In this document: positions 19,775-28,651 of the stretch, piece after piece
Position numbering within the stretch: position 1 is the first letter of the stretch
Layout of the letters: every line of letters begins with the position of its first letter
Assembly: GCA_007135645.1 (NCBI GenBank)
Contig: SLIL01000158.1
Coordinates: forward strand, 1-38,484
Source: Bacteroidales bacterium
GTDB lineage: Bacteria; Bacteroidota; Bacteroidia; Bacteroidales; UBA7960
DNA length: 38,484 nucleotides
Reading direction: 5' to 3'
Notes under the pieces: model-generated
Seen by the model: only the letters and a program-made list of their open reading frames with translations
The model's database searches: none
What the model was told of the DNA's origin: nothing
Position numbers and translations under genes: made by a program

Positions 19775-20710
19775 ATGCAAAAAGAGATCATCGACCCCAT
19801 AAGACGTGAGATATTAAAGAAGGAGCTTAGCAGAGATAAATTTTTGCGCACCACCAATTATGGAAACAATGAGATCTATGTAATAACGCACCACGATTCG
19901 CCCAACACTATGCTTGAGGTGGGTCGCCTGCGGGAGATCTCATTCAGGGCGGCCGGTGGCGGTACCGGTAAAGAAACCGATGTGGATGAATTTGATACCG
20001 GCAAGGTACCTTACAAGCAATTGATTGTTTGGGATCCGGCAGAAAATGAAATCGTAGGAGGATACCGTTTTATCCTCGGGTATGAAGTGGAAAAATCTGC
20101 CGATGGCAAACCCATGCTGGCAACCTCCGGGTTGCTGGAATATTCGGATAAGTTCGTCAACGAGTATTTACCTTATACCATTGAGCTGGGCAGATCTTTT
20201 GTTCAGCCCAAATACCAGCCCTCCAAAGAGAGCCGTAGGGGGCTTTTCTCCCTGGACAACCTATGGGACGGGCTTGGTGCACTGGTGGTTGATCATCCTG
20301 AAATCAAATACTTCTTTGGCAAAGTAACCATGTATGATCATTTTAATCCAATAGCCAGGGATATGATCCTGTATTTCCTGCACAAATTTTTCCCGGACAC
20401 CGAGGATCTTACAAGCCCGAAAGAACCTCTCACTTACAAGACGGATGTTTCAGGATTTGATGCCCTTTTCAATGGCAACACCTTTGAGGAAAATCATAAA
20501 ATCCTTTTCCAGGAAGTGCGCAAGCATGGCGAGAATATCCCCCCGCTGGTGAACTCCTACATGGTACTCAGCCCCACGATGAAAACCTTCGGTACCGCAT
20601 GGAACGAAGAGTTTGGCGGGGTAGAAGAGACTGCTATTCTGATCCGGATTGAAGATATTTATGAAAACAAGAAAGACAGGCACATCAGCACATACACCAA
20701 AGGTCAATAA
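19775..20710 (+). CDS. GNAT (Acetyltransf_5) N-acyltransferase, GlsB/OlsB-like
   Basis: EVGRLREISFRAAGGG, VWD...IVGGYR, ELGRSFV, LWDGLGAL, IPPLVNSYM. Confidence 0.85.
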   Translation: MQKEIIDPIRREILKKELSRDKFLRTTNYGNNEIYVITHHDSPNTMLEVGRLREISFRAAGGGTGKETDVDEFDTGKVPYKQLIVWDPAENEIVGGYRFILGYEVEKSADGKPMLATSGLLEYSDKFVNEYLPYTIELGRSFVQPKYQPSKESRRGLFSLDNLWDGLGALVVDHPEIKYFFGKVTMYDHFNPIARDMILYFLHKFFPDTEDLTSPKEPLTYKTDVSGFDALFNGNTFEENHKILFQEVRKHGENIPPLVNSYMVLSPTMKTFGTAWNEEFGGVEETAILIRIEDIYENKKDRHISTYTKGQ

Positions 20711-20719
20711 ACAAAAGCA

Positions 20720-21337
20720 ATGGATATAAAAAGTGCCGAATTTATCATCAGTTCGGTCAGTCATAAAGGATGCCCTCCACCAGCATTTCCCGAATATGCA
20801 TTTATAGGGAGATCCAACGTGGGGAAGTCCTCCCTGATCAATATGCTTACAGGTTTTGGCAAGCTTGCCAAAACCTCAGCTACCCCGGGAAAAACCCAGT
20901 TGATCAATCATTTTCTCATCAACAATCAATGGTACCTGGCCGATCTGCCGGGATTTGGTTTCGCCAAAGTATCCAAAGTTCAGCGCAGAAAATGGGAAGG
21001 GATGATCCGTGAATATCTTCTTAACAGAGAAAACCTCCTTTGCACCTTTCTGCTTGTCGACAGCCGGCATGAGCCCCAGAAAAATGACCTGGAAAACATG
21101 GAATGGTTCGGATCGAAAGGACTCCCTTTTGTAATCGTGTTTACAAAAACCGACAAGCTCAGTTCCACAGCCCTGCAAGCTTCCGTGGCTCGTTATCAGA
21201 AAAAGCTTCAGGAATCGTGGGATCCGCTGCCAGATATGTTTTTGACCTCGGCAGAAAAAAAAGATGGCAGGGATGAACTCCTATCCTTTATCAACCATTA
21301 CAACCAGGAATACAAAAAGACCCAGCATCAGCGTTGA
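20720..21337 (+). CDS. yihA: Ribosome biogenesis GTPase YihA/YsxC/EngB
   Basis: GRSNVGKSSLIN, TPGKTQLIN, DLPGFG, TKTDK. Confidence 0.97.
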   Translation: MDIKSAEFIISSVSHKGCPPPAFPEYAFIGRSNVGKSSLINMLTGFGKLAKTSATPGKTQLINHFLINNQWYLADLPGFGFAKVSKVQRRKWEGMIREYLLNRENLLCTFLLVDSRHEPQKNDLENMEWFGSKGLPFVIVFTKTDKLSSTALQASVARYQKKLQESWDPLPDMFLTSAEKKDGRDELLSFINHYNQEYKKTQHQR

Positions 21338-21412
21338 TTCTAAACCACTACTGATTGCACTCATTATCGACCTTATGTGAATTACAGGGAATAATCAACC
21401 TTTTGAACTCCT

Positions 21413-22447
21413 TTATGGCCTGTACCGGGCCCCTTGCAGAATGGCACGGGAATCGTTTCTCTGAAAAATAAGTTCATTGAGAGAAACATTATCATTGCGC
21501 CGCATATACTCCCTCACAATCTGCCAGCCGATGTAAACACCCATTCGAGGAGCTGATTGATTGGAAAAAGGAGCTGTGAATGGAGCATCGCCGGTAAATT
21601 TCTGGATCATTTGCCGATCGGTTTGATACAGCATCTCGTTGTTTACCAGGAAACTCCAGCTATGCCCTTCATTGTTTCGGGCCCAGTTGATATGATCTGT
21701 AGAGTAAAAAATCTTTAGTGAATCGGCAAAGGCCGGGAACATGGAATCCAGGAAATACAGCAGTTTCCCCTCAAAGATCATAAAGTCGAGAAGTGTTTCG
21801 GGCCTGAAAGGGCTACGTGCCAGTATATATTGCCCGATCTCACGCATTACCTCAACGGGGGCTGCTTCCGGGGAGAACCTTACCCGCTTGAATGCCGGCA
21901 CACCTACTTTGTCATAGTTGTCATAATGCCTTCCAAGAAACATATCCAGAGCGATGACCACTACATCATCCTGATAAAAAACAGGGTATTCAAAGTCCAG
22001 CCCTGACACATAGGTGTAGATTTCAGGAATGTTGTGATCGGGGAAATGATAGTGAAAATAGCGAAAGGCCAGATTGAGTTGTTCCTGTAGGCCTTCCGTG
22101 GTGGGCCATATTTCTGCAACATCTTCGTAAATCTCCCTTATAAATGCATCTGTAATATAATCGAAGAGTTGCTGCTGCCCCATGGGAGTATTGATCTCCT
22201 CGCCAAGAAACAGGTAAAAGTCGTTGATATAAGGCTCTATTTCTTCCCTGAGGTTGTGGGGGTCAATAGTAAAAAGGGCTTTCTCGTAGCGTTTAATCTC
22301 AACAGGATCTATATCAATGTGCGAAATATTGGCCTCGTAATGAGGTTTTCGTTTACAGGCTGAAAGATTAAACAGCAGAAACACAGCAAAACATAAAACA
22401 AAAAGAGATCCTGAAACATTTTTGAAAGCAAAAGCACGATAAGGCAT
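21413..22447 (-). CDS. gldB: Gliding motility lipoprotein GldB-like
   Basis: Lipobox LSA-C31; IALDMFLG, TLLDFMIFEGKLLY, PFT...APRMGVYIGWQIVREYM, terminal YRP. Confidence 0.85.
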   Translation of the reverse strand: MPYRAFAFKNVSGSLFVLCFAVFLLFNLSACKRKPHYEANISHIDIDPVEIKRYEKALFTIDPHNLREEIEPYINDFYLFLGEEINTPMGQQQLFDYITDAFIREIYEDVAEIWPTTEGLQEQLNLAFRYFHYHFPDHNIPEIYTYVSGLDFEYPVFYQDDVVVIALDMFLGRHYDNYDKVGVPAFKRVRFSPEAAPVEVMREIGQYILARSPFRPETLLDFMIFEGKLLYFLDSMFPAFADSLKIFYSTDHINWARNNEGHSWSFLVNNEMLYQTDRQMIQKFTGDAPFTAPFSNQSAPRMGVYIGWQIVREYMRRNDNVSLNELIFQRNDSRAILQGARYRP

Positions 22448-22540
22448 GGTTTATGCGTTTTGTGAAAACAACTTAGTTATTTGGTTGTTAAAAATCAATA
22501 TTTATAGCTAATATTGCAGCATATTTTAAAACTCAAAAGT

Positions 22541-23233
22541 ATGAAAAAAATTGCATTAATCCTTTCCGTAGTTTTGTCATCATTACTAATCAACCAGGTA
22601 AATGCACAGGGTTTCAGACTTGGTCTGGCGGCCTCTCCCTCCATGGCCTGGTTTAAAAGTGAAACAGAAAATTATGAGTCAGAAGGATTGCGGTTTGGTT
22701 TTTCCTACGGCCTGATATCAGAATTTATCCTCGCCGAACAATATACTTTTGCAACAGGTGTAAACATCAGCTATTTTGGGGGTAAGCTGAGCTTTCCTTA
22801 TGGAACTGACCAGGCTAACGGCCCTGCTGTAGCATCCAAAGAACGAACATACCGGTTGCAAAACCTTGAAGTTCCCTTTACCCTGAAAATGAAAACCCGT
22901 GAAATAGGATACAACACCTACTTTGCCCGGTTTGGATTTGGAGGATCAGTAAACCTTAGGGCAAAGGGCGATGACAAGTTTCTGGATGCCGGTGGTAATC
23001 AAACCCACTCCCTTACTGATATTGACATTAAGAATGATATCCCCTTATTCCGTATTTCCATGATTGTGGGAATTGGGTTTGAGCATTCCCTTGGAGGTAC
23101 CACGGCAATTGTTACCGGGGTAAACTTCAACAATGGCTTTACTAATATTCTTAAGGGTAAAGACTGGCTGGAAGAAAGAAACCAGCAGGCCAGAGCCAAT
23201 TTTATTGAGCTGTCCGTGGGAATTATTTTCTAA
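22541..23233 (+). CDS. Outer-membrane beta-barrel, PorT-like/porin family (ATG at 22541 preferred)
   Basis: Signal peptide MKKIALIL...VNA-Q; amphipathic strands, LEVPFTLKMKT, terminal Phe. Confidence 0.85.
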   Translation: MKKIALILSVVLSSLLINQVNAQGFRLGLAASPSMAWFKSETENYESEGLRFGFSYGLISEFILAEQYTFATGVNISYFGGKLSFPYGTDQANGPAVASKERTYRLQNLEVPFTLKMKTREIGYNTYFARFGFGGSVNLRAKGDDKFLDAGGNQTHSLTDIDIKNDIPLFRISMIVGIGFEHSLGGTTAIVTGVNFNNGFTNILKGKDWLEERNQQARANFIELSVGIIF

Positions 23234-23245
23234 ACAGATGTACCA

Positions 23246-23557
23246 TTGAATCCCTATTCAGTATATATTGATTGCATCAATTGTGGAAATGAGCTAAGCA
23301 ACATCAGTGAGCTTACATTTCGCACTCCCGATTTAATAGAATGCGATTTTTGCGGACAGCGGTACTCCGGACTTGCCCAAAAGATCAAAAGACGCAAAAG
23401 GACTGCAGGGTTGATCTTCCTGCTGATTGCCATCCTTATTTTCTGGCAGGGTTTGTTGCTGGCTGGGTTTACTACAGCATTGTTTTCGTTGTTCCCGGTT
23501 CTGATCATCTATTATTTTACCCTTGGACACCTGGTAAAGCAGATTGTAAAATTCTGA
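23246..23557 (+). CDS. Small zinc-ribbon membrane protein (CxxC-x19-CxxC plus two TM), TTG start
   Basis: CINC...CDFC, basic KIKRRKR, then two hydrophobic segments; starts 12 nt after the barrel gene. Confidence 0.6.
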   Translation: MNPYSVYIDCINCGNELSNISELTFRTPDLIECDFCGQRYSGLAQKIKRRKRTAGLIFLLIAILIFWQGLLLAGFTTALFSLFPVLIIYYFTLGHLVKQIVKF

Positions 23558-23582
23558 CAATTTACAAACCATTATAAAAGTT

Positions 23583-23615
23583 AAAGCCCGCTAAACGATT
23601 TGTTCCGCGGGCTTT
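23583..23615. terminator. Probable bidirectional terminator between convergent genes
   Basis: AAAGCCCGC-N15-GCGGGCTTT inverted repeat. Confidence 0.7.
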
Positions 23616-23665
23616 GTTACCGAATTCCAATTATCTGGAATTATAATCATGGATTCTCTACTGAT

Positions 23666-24958
23666 TTACCATGTAGTAGAATACCTCTGGTTAAACATCC
23701 TGAAGGTTTTCATCTCCCCGGTCCGGTCTGACTTGTAGTGAATATGACCCGAGAGCATGCTTACCGCGCTGCGGGAAGACGAAAGATTCTCAATATTCAG
23801 GGGCTGATCAACTTCCAGGGTAAAGGTGTGATTGCCCTTGCCCGAGAAACTTTTACCAATGTTGCGTACCACAACCGGAGAGTGTCCCTGCCACTCCAGT
23901 GATACCTGGTCTATGGTAAAGGGAGCCTCATACCTGGATACTACCGTAATGGTTATGGTTGATTTGTCAATATGATCTCCGGATCTTGATACCTCTGCAA
24001 ACTGCAAGGGCTCATTGACAAATATGGATGCCTTGTCGGCGGTAATGTCAAAATAGAAACGATTCTGAACATTGGTGTTGCCAAACCTGTACCTTACCAT
24101 CAAATGGTTTTCGGGATCTTCATAGCAGTTGTAGTAATCGTAGGTAACGGTGACCACATGTCCCTCTGTGGAAGTTCCTGTTACCCTGGCGCAGTCAGAG
24201 GTGATCTGGGGTCTTTGGGCTGTGGTGGCAAAATCATTCCTGAACCGCAAGGCATATTTCAGTTCTCCGGGTTTGCTGTCAATCTCCACCAGTTCAATGG
24301 TATTATACAGATTTCGGAGCCTTGTCATTCCCATTCTTGCCTGTTCTCTGCGACCATCCACAAAATAATCCTGCAGGATACGCAATTCAGCAATGCCTTT
24401 TTCAATGTCTTCAATCGTATGCACCCTGTCGATACTGGCCAGGATCTCCTCCAGTTGTCCGGTAAGTTCACGATCCCTCATCCTGAATTCCATAACCAGT
24501 TTCTGAAGTTCAAAATTGGAAAATGGATATTTGATGTGGTAGTTATACGTGGCAACCCTGGTTCTGCGGTCCTCAATCTTTTCCCAGTAATATTCATCCA
24601 CATTTGACAGGGAAACACCCTGCAAATAAGGCACCGGCCCTGAAGTAGTGGTTATGGTTGTGGCGTGCTTCTCCAGAAAAACAGATACATTGTTGTTGAA
24701 ATTTGCCTCTTCAATGGTCATTTCTGAGGTAGCCTGCACATTCTGGGCAACAGCATTTACAATGTTCTCCCTGACCATATTAAGGGCATTTCTCTGGGCA
24801 TCCTGTATGGAAGAACCAGTGCCTACCACGATGATATAATCTGCTTCCAGACCATTAACCCATGATGGCTTTCTTCCGCTCCGGTCTGCGACCCTTGTTT
24901 GAGCAAAAAGGGATGCGCCAAATGAGAAAAGAAAAAAGACTACCAGCAATTTCTTCAT
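23666..24958 (-). CDS. Secreted hypothetical protein: LPP20-like N-terminus, helical middle, beta-rich C-terminal domains
   Basis: Signal LFA-Q; KPSWV...YIIVVGTG...AQRNAL...IVNAV resembles LPP20-type patterns. Confidence 0.75.
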   Translation of the reverse strand: MKKLLVVFFLFSFGASLFAQTRVADRSGRKPSWVNGLEADYIIVVGTGSSIQDAQRNALNMVRENIVNAVAQNVQATSEMTIEEANFNNNVSVFLEKHATTITTTSGPVPYLQGVSLSNVDEYYWEKIEDRRTRVATYNYHIKYPFSNFELQKLVMEFRMRDRELTGQLEEILASIDRVHTIEDIEKGIAELRILQDYFVDGRREQARMGMTRLRNLYNTIELVEIDSKPGELKYALRFRNDFATTAQRPQITSDCARVTGTSTEGHVVTVTYDYYNCYEDPENHLMVRYRFGNTNVQNRFYFDITADKASIFVNEPLQFAEVSRSGDHIDKSTITITVVSRYEAPFTIDQVSLEWQGHSPVVVRNIGKSFSGKGNHTFTLEVDQPLNIENLSSSRSAVSMLSGHIHYKSDRTGEMKTFRMFNQRYSTTW

Positions 24959-24990
24959 AAGACAATAGTTTTGTTTAATATAAGGTAAAG

Positions 24991-25016
24991 TACGGCCGGT
25001 TTTAAAACCGGCCGTA
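24991..25016. terminator. Perfect 26-bp palindrome inside the operon (partial terminator or mRNA stabiliser)
   Basis: TACGGCCGGTTTT|AAAACCGGCCGTA, 30 nt after the lipoprotein stop. Confidence 0.7.
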
Positions 25017-25046
25017 AACCAAAAAATTAACAGTAGTGTTTAAAGA

Positions 25047-25634
25047 TCAGGGGCGCTCTTGTTCAAGACGCTCCATTTCTTCGTTGAATATCCGCTCAAA
25101 CTGCATGCGGTCATAGTCCAGGCGCAACCTGTCATCGCGGCTGATGCGGGAAGAGATATTGTTCAACAGCTCATCCTTATCCACTTCCACTGCCATATAT
25201 ACCGAATACTGGCCACCTCTTTCAAACACCTGGTTACAGGTAATACTTACGTTGTTAAGCACCTGGTTTACAACCTGACGTGTCATATCCTCAAAACGCT
25301 CAGCAAATTCATTGGCATCACCCACGGTTATATCCTGGGTATAACGGTCTGTAACCGCTCTGATGGTACTGTTGATACTTGCAGCCAGGCTTGAATTGGC
25401 ATCAAGGTTGGCCCTGCGCCTGGTGGAAGCCAGATTGGTTCCTTCTGCCATTCCTGTTCCCCTGAAATGCGTAGCATCGGTAAAATAGTCGTTATCGCTG
25501 CATGGGATCGCAACTTCAGTACCATGAGCACTGTAATCCGGGGCCTGTTGTTTGCTTCTGCAACCGGTTATAGCGCCTGCCACAAAAATCAATGACAACA
25601 GAAGGATCATTTTGTTAAATAGTTGTTTTTTCAT
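25047..25634 (-). CDS. LPP20-family-like lipoprotein
   Basis: Lipobox ITG-C25; FRGTGMAEG...TRRRANLDA...LAASI and YSVYMAVEV; one further Cys pair. Confidence 0.8.
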   Translation of the reverse strand: MKKQLFNKMILLLSLIFVAGAITGCRSKQQAPDYSAHGTEVAIPCSDNDYFTDATHFRGTGMAEGTNLASTRRRANLDANSSLAASINSTIRAVTDRYTQDITVGDANEFAERFEDMTRQVVNQVLNNVSITCNQVFERGGQYSVYMAVEVDKDELLNNISSRISRDDRLRLDYDRMQFERIFNEEMERLEQERP

Positions 25635-25736
25635 AGTTGATTGTTTTAATGATTAAACATAAATGTGCCATTCTAAACATCCACGTCTCACGCAGGCTAC
25701 AGTATGGCTTCTAAAGTAATTAAACTGATTTTCAAC

Positions 25737-25873
25737 AAAAGTACCACTTCGAACAACGCAATACCCCCCCGACCCCCTAAAAGGGGGAGCTCGCAATGAA
25801 TTGCATTCAGGGCTGTTGAAAAATATGATTGTGTTCTCAATAACATAAAAAACGCTTTTCGAAGTAAACTTTT
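25737..25873. repeat. ~130-bp element with imperfect terminal inverted repeats and an internal C/G-rich hairpin, copy 1
   Basis: Ends AAAAGTACCACTTCGAACAACG / CGCTTTTCGAAGTAAACTTTT; internal CCCCCTAAAAGGGGG; homologous to 28487-28612. Confidence 0.75.
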
Positions 25874-25911
25874 AACAATATCCAAAGGTAAATCAAAAAC
25901 AGCACCAAAAA

Positions 25912-26871
25912 TCAATTGCGGTACAACCAGCTCCAGTCGAAGTATCTGTGCGCGCCGTAGTAAGCCCATCTTTTGGCAACATCCCTTCCTGCTTCCACCT
26001 TAAGTCTTTGCATATCCACATCATCCTCGTAGCGGGTCATTCTGAACTGCCATGAACTGGCTCCTTCGGCCTCAACAGCCTGTGTAACGGTTTGCACCAG
26101 TTGTTGTGCCTCTTCATAACAATCCATATCAGGGGTGATCTGTCCAAGGTTTTCTTCAACCTTTATCAGATCTTTCCCTGCCCATGCAGCCCTTGCAGCA
26201 GCAAGATGCTGATTGCATTTGTCGTTGGCATAAAGCTGGTAAATATCAGCAGTAAGATTCATGGCCATATGGAAGCACTCCCTGCTCACATCAGGAACCG
26301 ACATCAGTAAAAAGAGCGCTTCACCAAACTGCTTCTGGTTGGCAAGGGCCTGCGAGCCTGTAATGATCACATCGCACTGGGAATTGTAATATTCCACAAT
26401 ACGCTCTTTGCCCCGCTCCACAAAACCCCTGAACTGGCCATGCCGTGGGTTTACATTTCGCAGTGCCTGGGAATAGGCCCGCTCCTCGGTATTGCCCACC
26501 CCTCTCAGTTCTATGCTGGTCTGGCTGAAAATATTCTGACTGACAACATCCACAATATAAAGACTAAGCTCAACGGTGAGCGCAACCTGCGGAGGTGCAG
26601 TGGGTGTAACATCGTGTGTAATGATCGATACCATGGGCACCATGGCAAACTGTGCCTGCCCTTCGATAGCTCCCAGTCCATTCTGGGTTGCAATCTGCAT
26701 CATTCTGTTTTGAAGCATATTTTGTGTCCCGGCAGGCAAGCCCGCTTCATCAGGAACAATAGCTGCAATACCGATACGACCAAGGTCATCGGTGCGGCCC
26801 AGGTTGCTCTGTGCAACCAGGCTTGTAGCTGCAAACAGGATGATTACAATGATTCCGGTTATTTTCTTCAT
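25912..26871 (-). CDS. Secreted hypothetical protein: alpha/beta N-terminal domain plus TPR-like helical C-terminus
   Basis: Signal LVA-Q; IFSQTSIELRGVG...RAYSQAL; four Cys in the helical half. Confidence 0.8.
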   Translation of the reverse strand: MKKITGIIVIILFAATSLVAQSNLGRTDDLGRIGIAAIVPDEAGLPAGTQNMLQNRMMQIATQNGLGAIEGQAQFAMVPMVSIITHDVTPTAPPQVALTVELSLYIVDVVSQNIFSQTSIELRGVGNTEERAYSQALRNVNPRHGQFRGFVERGKERIVEYYNSQCDVIITGSQALANQKQFGEALFLLMSVPDVSRECFHMAMNLTADIYQLYANDKCNQHLAAARAAWAGKDLIKVEENLGQITPDMDCYEEAQQLVQTVTQAVEAEGASSWQFRMTRYEDDVDMQRLKVEAGRDVAKRWAYYGAHRYFDWSWLYRN

Positions 26872-26895
26872 AAAATATGGTTTTGTAAAATTAGG

Positions 26896-27867
26896 TTATC
26901 TTTCTCCTACAATCAGCCAGGCTTCTCCCAGGCCTCTCATATAGATCTGCGAATCAATTCCCAGGTTTTGCCTCAGGTGTCTTCTGAGGTCACTCACAAA
27001 GCCCCTGGTATCCACTGCCCTTTCCCTGCCGCGGTTGTCTACCCTCATCATGGGAATACGCACCTGCTCAAGCCTCATCAGTGTATGGGAAGCATCAGCC
27101 AGGCTGAATCTTCCTTGCACAGTATTGTCAAAGAACCAATCTTCAATATGCTCAAGCAATTCTTTTTCTTCTCCATCAAAGTCAAAATAAGTTTCCAGGT
27201 CACCGTCATACCAGTTGTCCCAAACCCTTACCATTACATTCACTTCACGGCCATTCTCAAACATATCTTCAAAATGTCTCATGAGTCCGGCATTGAAACC
27301 GTCCATGTGGCTAAGCACTGCTTCTTCAAGCAGAAGCTCGGGAGTAGCAGATGAAGAAGGTGCTCCGGAGCCGGCTGCACCGGCCACTTGTTTTGAGGTA
27401 TAAGCGTCCAGACCGCGAAGGTTAAAGGTTATATACCTGTGTGGCCCCTGCCTTCTGATATCAAAACTAAGATCGAGAATTATATCAGCACCTGCAGTTC
27501 TTTTTAGAACATCAATGGGGGTTTCGGCAACCTGTGAGCCGGAGGAGGAAGAGGCCAGCATAGCTATTTCTGCTGCTTCACGCTGCATATTACGCAGTTC
27601 CATTTCCAGGTCTTTCAAAGGAAAGCCCCTGTTAGCCATAATTTCTCCCATTTTGGTGATGACCATACGAAGATCCGGGTCGTTTTGCATTGCTGCGGTA
27701 TAGTCAGGAAGGGTCTGGGTGCGTCCCATAGATTCAAATTCCATGCTGTACCCGTTGCTGATACAATACTGATCACTGGGTACTACCATGATGGTGGGAC
27801 GGCGTGCCTGAGAAAATACACTGAAACAGATTAAACTGATTAAAAGGATAATAAAAACTTTTTTCAT
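26896..27867 (-). CDS. DUF6175-family-like secreted protein
   Basis: Signal VFS-Q; RRPTIMVVPSD, RGFPLKDLE, ADII, LRGLDAYTSKQVAG, EQVRIP (recognised from memory, not searched). Confidence 0.75.
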   Translation of the reverse strand: MKKVFIILLISLICFSVFSQARRPTIMVVPSDQYCISNGYSMEFESMGRTQTLPDYTAAMQNDPDLRMVITKMGEIMANRGFPLKDLEMELRNMQREAAEIAMLASSSSGSQVAETPIDVLKRTAGADIILDLSFDIRRQGPHRYITFNLRGLDAYTSKQVAGAAGSGAPSSSATPELLLEEAVLSHMDGFNAGLMRHFEDMFENGREVNVMVRVWDNWYDGDLETYFDFDGEEKELLEHIEDWFFDNTVQGRFSLADASHTLMRLEQVRIPMMRVDNRGRERAVDTRGFVSDLRRHLRQNLGIDSQIYMRGLGEAWLIVGER

Positions 27868-27922
27868 AGACCATTGATCTTTTTAGGTTTATAAATAAAT
27901 GATGGATGCTGCCTGGTAGAGG

Positions 27923-28465
27923 TTAAAACCCATGATCCAGGCGTCGTGCAATTCCGTCGGCCTCAAGCTGTCTGCGAAGGTTATCATACATTACCTGGGC
28001 ATAAATAGCTACCTTGTACCCCCTGGGCCGGCTCATCCTCAGCCTGTCCTGCCCGCTGGGCATGCCGTCGGTTGTAAGGTTGATAAAATTAATGTATTTG
28101 CCGCTGGCAGAAAAGAATTCATCAAAATAGTCAGCATGTTTTTCGCCTGCATTGGGATCGCGCAAAATGGCTGGAGTGGCCGCTGCACCATGACCGGCGG
28201 GTATTCCCCTGAAGATCACCGATGCCACGGCATTCATTTTTGCCTGAATGATGGCATCCTCCACGCGGCGACCATAACCCCATACTTTCATAGTTTTGGT
28301 ACCGTCACTTCCTACGCCGGTTATTTCAACTTCATAGTTATAGCTACTACTGTAATGAGCTCTCCTGTCGCTTCTTGAGTGCCTTGCCTGTGAGCAGGCA
28401 ATTTCTGAAAAAGCAAACATTATTAGCATGAACAATAAAATTCGAGGTGAGACTTTCATAAACAT
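27923..28465 (-). CDS. Exported hypothetical protein (possible lipoprotein); alternative start at 28459
   Basis: Hydrophobic leader ending EIACSQ; VWGYG...AIIQAKMNAVASVIFRGIP and C-terminal LRRQLEADGI. Confidence 0.8.
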   Translation of the reverse strand: MFMKVSPRILLFMLIMFAFSEIACSQARHSRSDRRAHYSSSYNYEVEITGVGSDGTKTMKVWGYGRRVEDAIIQAKMNAVASVIFRGIPAGHGAAATPAILRDPNAGEKHADYFDEFFSASGKYINFINLTTDGMPSGQDRLRMSRPRGYKVAIYAQVMYDNLRRQLEADGIARRLDHGF

Positions 28466-28486
28466 TGGTTTTTTTAGTTAATATTT

Positions 28487-28612
28487 GAATCGCTTCAGAA
28501 AAGTATAATACCCTCATTCCCCCAGAAAGGGGAGCTCGCAAAATAATTGAATTTGCACGAGCTGGTAAAAGGTGTTTTTTATTAACATAAAAAATACTTT
28601 TCGGAGTGACTT
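28487..28612. repeat. ~130-bp element with imperfect terminal inverted repeats, copy 2
   Basis: Ends TCGCTTCAGAAAAGTAT / ATACTTTTCGGAGTGA; shares AATACC, CCCCC, GGGGAGCTCGCAA, TAACATAAAAAA and CTTTTCG with copy 1, in the same order and orientation. Confidence 0.75.
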
Positions 28613-28651
28613 ATTTTTTCTTTCTGTATAGTTTAGAATTAAATGGTTTTT

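Noticed and set aside
25697-25969. 90-aa ORF (and the 64-aa ORF at 28347-28541) crossing the repeat element
   Set aside because: Both overlap real genes out of frame; the shared LxGG text merely reflects the repeated hairpin.
26440-27354. 304-aa plus-strand ORF
   Set aside because: Antisense to two genes with clear signal peptides; no recognisable motifs; shadow ORF.
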